NCBI GenBank assembly: GCA_963845195.1
Contig: CAWJRH010000001.1
Span: 1,202,212-1,266,211, forward strand
Length of the DNA: 64,000 bases
Direction of reading: 5' to 3'
Origin: an uncultured delta proteobacterium
GTDB taxonomy: Bacteria > Myxococcota_A > Polyangia > Polyangiales > Houyiibacteriaceae
Part shown: one piece after another, positions 59,929 to 64,000 of the stretch
Position numbering within the stretch: the stretch's first letter is position 1
Layout of the letters: each line of letters opens with the position of its first letter
Notes under the pieces: model-generated
What the model was told of the DNA's origin: nothing
The model's database searches: none
The model's input: the letters and a program-made list of their open reading frames with translations, nothing else
Position numbers and translations under genes: made by a program

Positions 59929-61181
59929 CCGGGATGAACCAGCGACTCGCGGCATGGTGTCTGCTGATGGGCACCTTCTTGTGCAACGGCGCGGCCGCCA
60001 ACATCGAACCATCGTCCTACGACGCCAAAAGCATCGGAGCGGGCACGACCGGGATGGCCTACCTCGACAATCCCTCCGCGTTGGCGATCAATCCCGCGAA
60101 CTTGGCGGGCATCGACCGCGGCGGCATGAGCGTCAATATCACGCCGGTGTTCTCGGTGTCTCAGGCGCCTCTGGCCGGGGCCAACAGCGAGGTCAAGTCG
60201 GACCTCGGCTTTGGCCCGATTCCAAGCCTGTTCGGCGCCGTGCGCGTTGCCGATCGTGTCGTCCTCGGATTCGGCGCGTACGCGCTCGGGGTCTTCGGCG
60301 CGACGTACTCGAACGTCCAGGATCTCTACGGGGAAGGCGGGGAGGGAGACTTCGAGGTGACGTTCGTGTCCGGCGAAGCCGCCATCGGTGTCTCGATCGA
60401 GATCCTCTCCTCACTCGACTTGGGCGTCACGCTCCGCGTTCCGTTTGCGTTTCAGAACGCGACCATTCCCGCCGACCTCGGGGGCACGCTGATTCCTGTG
60501 ACCGCTACGCTCGGTGGCGCCGGCTGGCCCGGCGGACGAATCGGACTGACCTGGCGCGCCACGCAGCTCGTGGCCGCGTCGTTGATGTATCGGACGGTGG
60601 CAACCAGCAAACTGAACGGCGACCTGCGCACCCTTGGGGACATCGAGCTCAGCTCGGGGGCCACCGCGGAATTCTCGACTCCTCACGTGCTGTCTGGCGG
60701 CGTCGCGTTTTCACTTCTCAGCGACTCTCTGACGGTGGCGGGCGAGCTCCACATCATGTTCTACGAAGCCTCCAACCAGAATCAGACCCTGTACCTCGAC
60801 GCCTTCGAACCACCCCTCGACACCGCCGACATTCCGTTCCTCTGGCAGAACGCCTTCAGCCTGCGCTTCGGCGTCGACTATCAAATCACCCGCCGCTTTG
60901 CCATTCGTGGCGGGTACGTGCCGAGCTCTTCGGCCACGACCGACGCCGGCGCTCAACCGGTCACGCCTCCTCCGGCCTGGAGCCACTCCTTCAGCGTCGG
61001 CTTTGGTGCGAACTGGAAGAGCTTTGCTGTCGATTTTGCGCTGCAAAGCGCATTCTCGAACGCCTACGTGGGCCCGAGCACGGACCCAGACGCGTGCAGC
61101 GGGTTCATTCGCGTCGGATGCGAGGGTGAATACAAGACCGTCAACGGGTCGGCGTCCGTTCAGTTCGTCTACAGGCGATAG
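59925..61181 (+). CDS. FadL/TodX/OmpP1 family outer membrane transporter
   Basis: Signal peptide, hatch motif AKSIG..DNPSALAINPANL, W.NAFSLRFGVDY..AIRGGY. Confidence 0.82.
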   Translation: MTGMNQRLAAWCLLMGTFLCNGAAANIEPSSYDAKSIGAGTTGMAYLDNPSALAINPANLAGIDRGGMSVNITPVFSVSQAPLAGANSEVKSDLGFGPIPSLFGAVRVADRVVLGFGAYALGVFGATYSNVQDLYGEGGEGDFEVTFVSGEAAIGVSIEILSSLDLGVTLRVPFAFQNATIPADLGGTLIPVTATLGGAGWPGGRIGLTWRATQLVAASLMYRTVATSKLNGDLRTLGDIELSSGATAEFSTPHVLSGGVAFSLLSDSLTVAGELHIMFYEASNQNQTLYLDAFEPPLDTADIPFLWQNAFSLRFGVDYQITRRFAIRGGYVPSSSATTDAGAQPVTPPPAWSHSFSVGFGANWKSFAVDFALQSAFSNAYVGPSTDPDACSGFIRVGCEGEYKTVNGSASVQFVYRR

Positions 61182-61186
61182 TTGCG

Positions 61187-62218
61187 ATGTTGAAACCCGC
61201 GGACGAGCATTGGCACGAGCCCACGAAGCACTCGCATTGGAACGAGTCGTTCTACTTCAACGTCTTCGATGCCGACACGGGCTGGGCGTGCGCGACGCGT
61301 GTCGGTGCCACGCCGAACGCAAGCGCCCAAGACGGCTTCATCTGCCTCTACTTTCCCGATCACACGACAGGCTTCATTCGCATTTCGCAGCCACTCGACG
61401 AAGACCCGTGCCGGATCGCCTCGGGCGCGATCGAGTGTCGGTGCGTGGAGCCGCTTCAACGCTGGCAGGTTCGGTACGACGGCCCCATTCATCACTTCGC
61501 TCGGGCTGCCACCAGTGACGACCTCCGCCGCACCCTCGACCTAGATGCGCCGACCAAGCGCCTTCGCTTGGAGCTCGAGTTCAGTTCGGTCCACGCGCCC
61601 TTCGACTATGGCAAGCGGACCGTCCGCCGCCGACCTTTCGGTGAGCGAGTGCGGGGTTCCTCGGCCAACCCGCTGCGAACGCTCCAAAGGACCGCTCGCA
61701 CTCTTGGCGCCTTGCCCGCCATGATGAAGGCCAACCACTACGAGCAATCGGGGTCGGTCCGCGGAACGGTGAACATCGATGGCAACGCGACCGCGATCAG
61801 TGGCCTCGGGCAACGCGACCACTCCTGGGGCGTGCGCGACATGCGTGCCCCTGCGAACTGGCGTTGGTTGTCATGCCAGTTCGGCGAAAGCCTGTGCTTC
61901 AACGCGACTCAAGTCGATGTGCTCGGGATGCGCGTGCAAGGTGGCTTTGTCCTTCATGACGGAGTGACCGAAGCGCTCGAGAGCTGGCGCTACGAGACGA
62001 AGCGGGCGACGAGCGCGTTTTGGCCCGACGCGCTCGGTATCGTTCTCACGACGAAGTCTCACGCAAGGTTCGCACTCGAAGCGGAGATCACCACGCCGCT
62101 TCCGGTGATCGCGCGAACCGAGAACGACGATGTCCTCGTCACCGCCGCGCGAGCGAAGTACCACTGGGGCGGCCGAACCGCGGACGGCATGGTCGAGTTC
62201 ATGGAGCAACTTCGATGA
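61187..62218 (+). CDS. AttH/CrtC/tocopherol-cyclase-like double beta-barrel protein
   Basis: WNESFYF, EPLQRW, HYEQSG.V.G, GLGQRDHSWGVR. Confidence 0.65.
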   Translation: MLKPADEHWHEPTKHSHWNESFYFNVFDADTGWACATRVGATPNASAQDGFICLYFPDHTTGFIRISQPLDEDPCRIASGAIECRCVEPLQRWQVRYDGPIHHFARAATSDDLRRTLDLDAPTKRLRLELEFSSVHAPFDYGKRTVRRRPFGERVRGSSANPLRTLQRTARTLGALPAMMKANHYEQSGSVRGTVNIDGNATAISGLGQRDHSWGVRDMRAPANWRWLSCQFGESLCFNATQVDVLGMRVQGGFVLHDGVTEALESWRYETKRATSAFWPDALGIVLTTKSHARFALEAEITTPLPVIARTENDDVLVTAARAKYHWGGRTADGMVEFMEQLR

Positions 62219-64000
62219 ACTTGGTGGACCTGCGTTCCACAGAAGCGACATCTCGTGCGTTGTGCGGGGGGAAGGGCGCCGAGCTCGCAAGGCTGGTCGG
62301 CCATTCGTTGCCTGTGCCCGAAGGGTTCGTCGTGACGACCGACGCTTTCTCCTCGTTCGTCGAAGCGCAAGGTCTGACGCTTTCTCGCGAAGAGTTGTGC
62401 ACGGCAGGTTCGGAGCAAAGCGCGATCCTCGCGGAGCACTTGCGCCGGAGCATCGCTGAGGCCGAGTTCCCTGCTTCACTCGAACGAGAAATCTCGCGGA
62501 AGCTCGCCGATCTCGAGCAGCAGCACCAAGGCGGGTCCCTGTGGGCGGTTCGCTCATCGGCAATCGCAGAAGACACCGACAGCGCGAGTTTCGCGGGGCA
62601 GTACGACACGACACTTGGTGTCCGAGCAAGGGAGGTGGCCGGGGCGATCCTCCACTCCTGGGGCTCGATGTTCAGCGAACGCGCTGTCCGATACCGACGC
62701 GAGCGAGGCACTACCGAAGACCGGATGGCCGTCGTCGTACAGCACCTTCTTCGGCCCGATGCCGCCGGCGTCTGCTTCACCGTCGACCCGGTCAGTGGCG
62801 ACGACCGGATCATCATCAACGCCAACTACGGACTCGGCGAATCCGTCGTCGGGGGACACGCGACGCCGGACACGTACGTCGTGGATCCTCAGAGCTTCAC
62901 GCCGACGGCCCAGGTCGCGGGACACAAGCAAACACAGGTCGTAGTCGGCGAGAACGGCGTCGCGACCATCGAGGTCCCGGCCGACCTGCAGCGAAGGCTT
63001 TGCTTGGCGCCCGACCAGGTGGCGAACATCGCGAAGTTGGCGGCCACAGTGCATGCGCTGCACGGCAAGCCTGTAGACATCGAGTGGGCATACGAAAACG
63101 GCCGGCTCTTCCTGTTGCAAGCGCGCTCGATCACCGCGGTCGAAGCGACTCCAGTCCAACCGCCGTCGGGCTGGACTCCCGCGAACAACACTCCGATCGA
63201 CGCACGCTACCCGCTCTACTCCAACGGCAACATCAGTGAGGTCATGCCTGGCTGCGTCTCGCCTCTCTCGTGGGACCACACTGGGCGCTTGATCGAACAC
63301 GCCTTCCGCTCCCAGCTCGAGTCGCTCGGCGCCATCGACCACAGGCAGGGCGGGCCCAAGGTGCTCGGGTTCTTTTTTCATCGCCCCTACGTGAATGTCT
63401 CGCTCCTTCTCGATGCGGCGGCTCGGACCCCGGGCATGACGCCCGACACGGTTCTCGAGGAGTTCGTCGGAAAGCCAGACGCGACGACCCCTGCGGTGAG
63501 AGCTGCCGACTTCCTGCCCCATCGGCTACCGCGGCTTTGGCGGGTCGTTCGTGCGGTGCTGGTCCATGCGCGAGCGCTTCCCGCCCGTATCGAAGCCTGC
63601 CGCCGCGTAGCCGAAGCGGACTCCGCGCGATGCACGGCGCGCTGGCTCGCGGACGCTTCGGATCAGACCCTGCTGGACGAGGTTCGAATGAGCGACGAGT
63701 TGGGAGCGCCGTCGGTCGTCCACGTCTGGGCGTCGACCCTCGCGTCGGTGGCATTTACCCAACTCCGGCGGCGCACCGCAGTCTGGCTTGCGGACCAGGA
63801 CGGATCGCTCGCATCCGAGCTCGTCACCGGCATCGAGAATTTGCCTAGCGCCGAACCCGCGCTCGAACTTCACGCGCTGAGTGACAAGATCGCTCATTCC
63901 TCGGAACTCGCCTCGATCTTTCGCAGCGAAGCCGGAGACGGCGAGGTTCTCGAAGCGCTTCGCGAAGGGCCTCTACACGCCGACTTCGAGACCTTCCTCC
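62215..64000 (+). CDS. PEP-utilising enzyme (rifampin phosphotransferase/PigC-like architecture), partial
   Basis: Not in ORF track because no stop in window; my translation gives CGGKGAEL, VPEGF, AVRSSAIAED..ASFAGQYDT, GLGESVV, DIEWA, LLQAR, SNGNISEVMPG..SPLSW; ATGA overlap with upstream gene. Confidence 0.88.
   Translation, partial: MNLVDLRSTEATSRALCGGKGAELARLVGHSLPVPEGFVVTTDAFSSFVEAQGLTLSREELCTAGSEQSAILAEHLRRSIAEAEFPASLEREISRKLADLEQQHQGGSLWAVRSSAIAEDTDSASFAGQYDTTLGVRAREVAGAILHSWGSMFSERAVRYRRERGTTEDRMAVVVQHLLRPDAAGVCFTVDPVSGDDRIIINANYGLGESVVGGHATPDTYVVDPQSFTPTAQVAGHKQTQVVVGENGVATIEVPADLQRRLCLAPDQVANIAKLAATVHALHGKPVDIEWAYENGRLFLLQARSITAVEATPVQPPSGWTPANNTPIDARYPLYSNGNISEVMPGCVSPLSWDHTGRLIEHAFRSQLESLGAIDHRQGGPKVLGFFFHRPYVNVSLLLDAAARTPGMTPDTVLEEFVGKPDATTPAVRAADFLPHRLPRLWRVVRAVLVHARALPARIEACRRVAEADSARCTARWLADASDQTLLDEVRMSDELGAPSVVHVWASTLASVAFTQLRRRTAVWLADQDGSLASELVTGIENLPSAEPALELHALSDKIAHSSELASIFRSEAGDGEVLEALREGPLHADFETFL

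Overview
GC-rich, gene-dense bacterial chromosomal window with about 58 coding regions. I saw no rRNA, tRNA, CRISPR array or intact mobile element. Gene style suggests a myxobacterium (Myxococcota, probably Polyangiales-like); this is inference from many Cys-rich lipoproteins with TGGxGG linkers and a myxobacterial-type LuxR. In order: NRDE protein, alpha/beta hydrolase, metX-metW fusion, metY, selO, NUDIX, oxidative pentose phosphate genes (pgl, zwf, gnd) with a 25-codon phosphatase-like remnant, CorA, a MoxR/DUF58/DUF4381/VWA/VWA-TPR/BatD cluster bracketed by two paralogous lipoprotein sulfatases (second frameshifted), CDF, cytochrome c, PQQ dehydrogenase, LysR, metallophosphoesterase, TerB, sulfotransferase, SSS, MscS, a DAB (dabBA) inorganic-carbon pump with divergent LysR, class II aldolase, uup, alkB + AraC, DUF924, WS/DGAT and a methyltransferase. 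Next comes a lipoprotein-rich accessory block (45.4-58 kb) with an FG-GAP protein carrying two pore-toxin-like beta-hairpins, two related Cys-rich proteins, a PLD and a TsdA/SoxA-like diheme-DM13 fusion. It ends with a decayed VOC/FMN-protein/LysR module containing a 106-bp inversion, and a TetR-FadL-AttH-like-PEP-utilising operon that runs off the window. All family calls come from motif recognition by eye; no database search was run.
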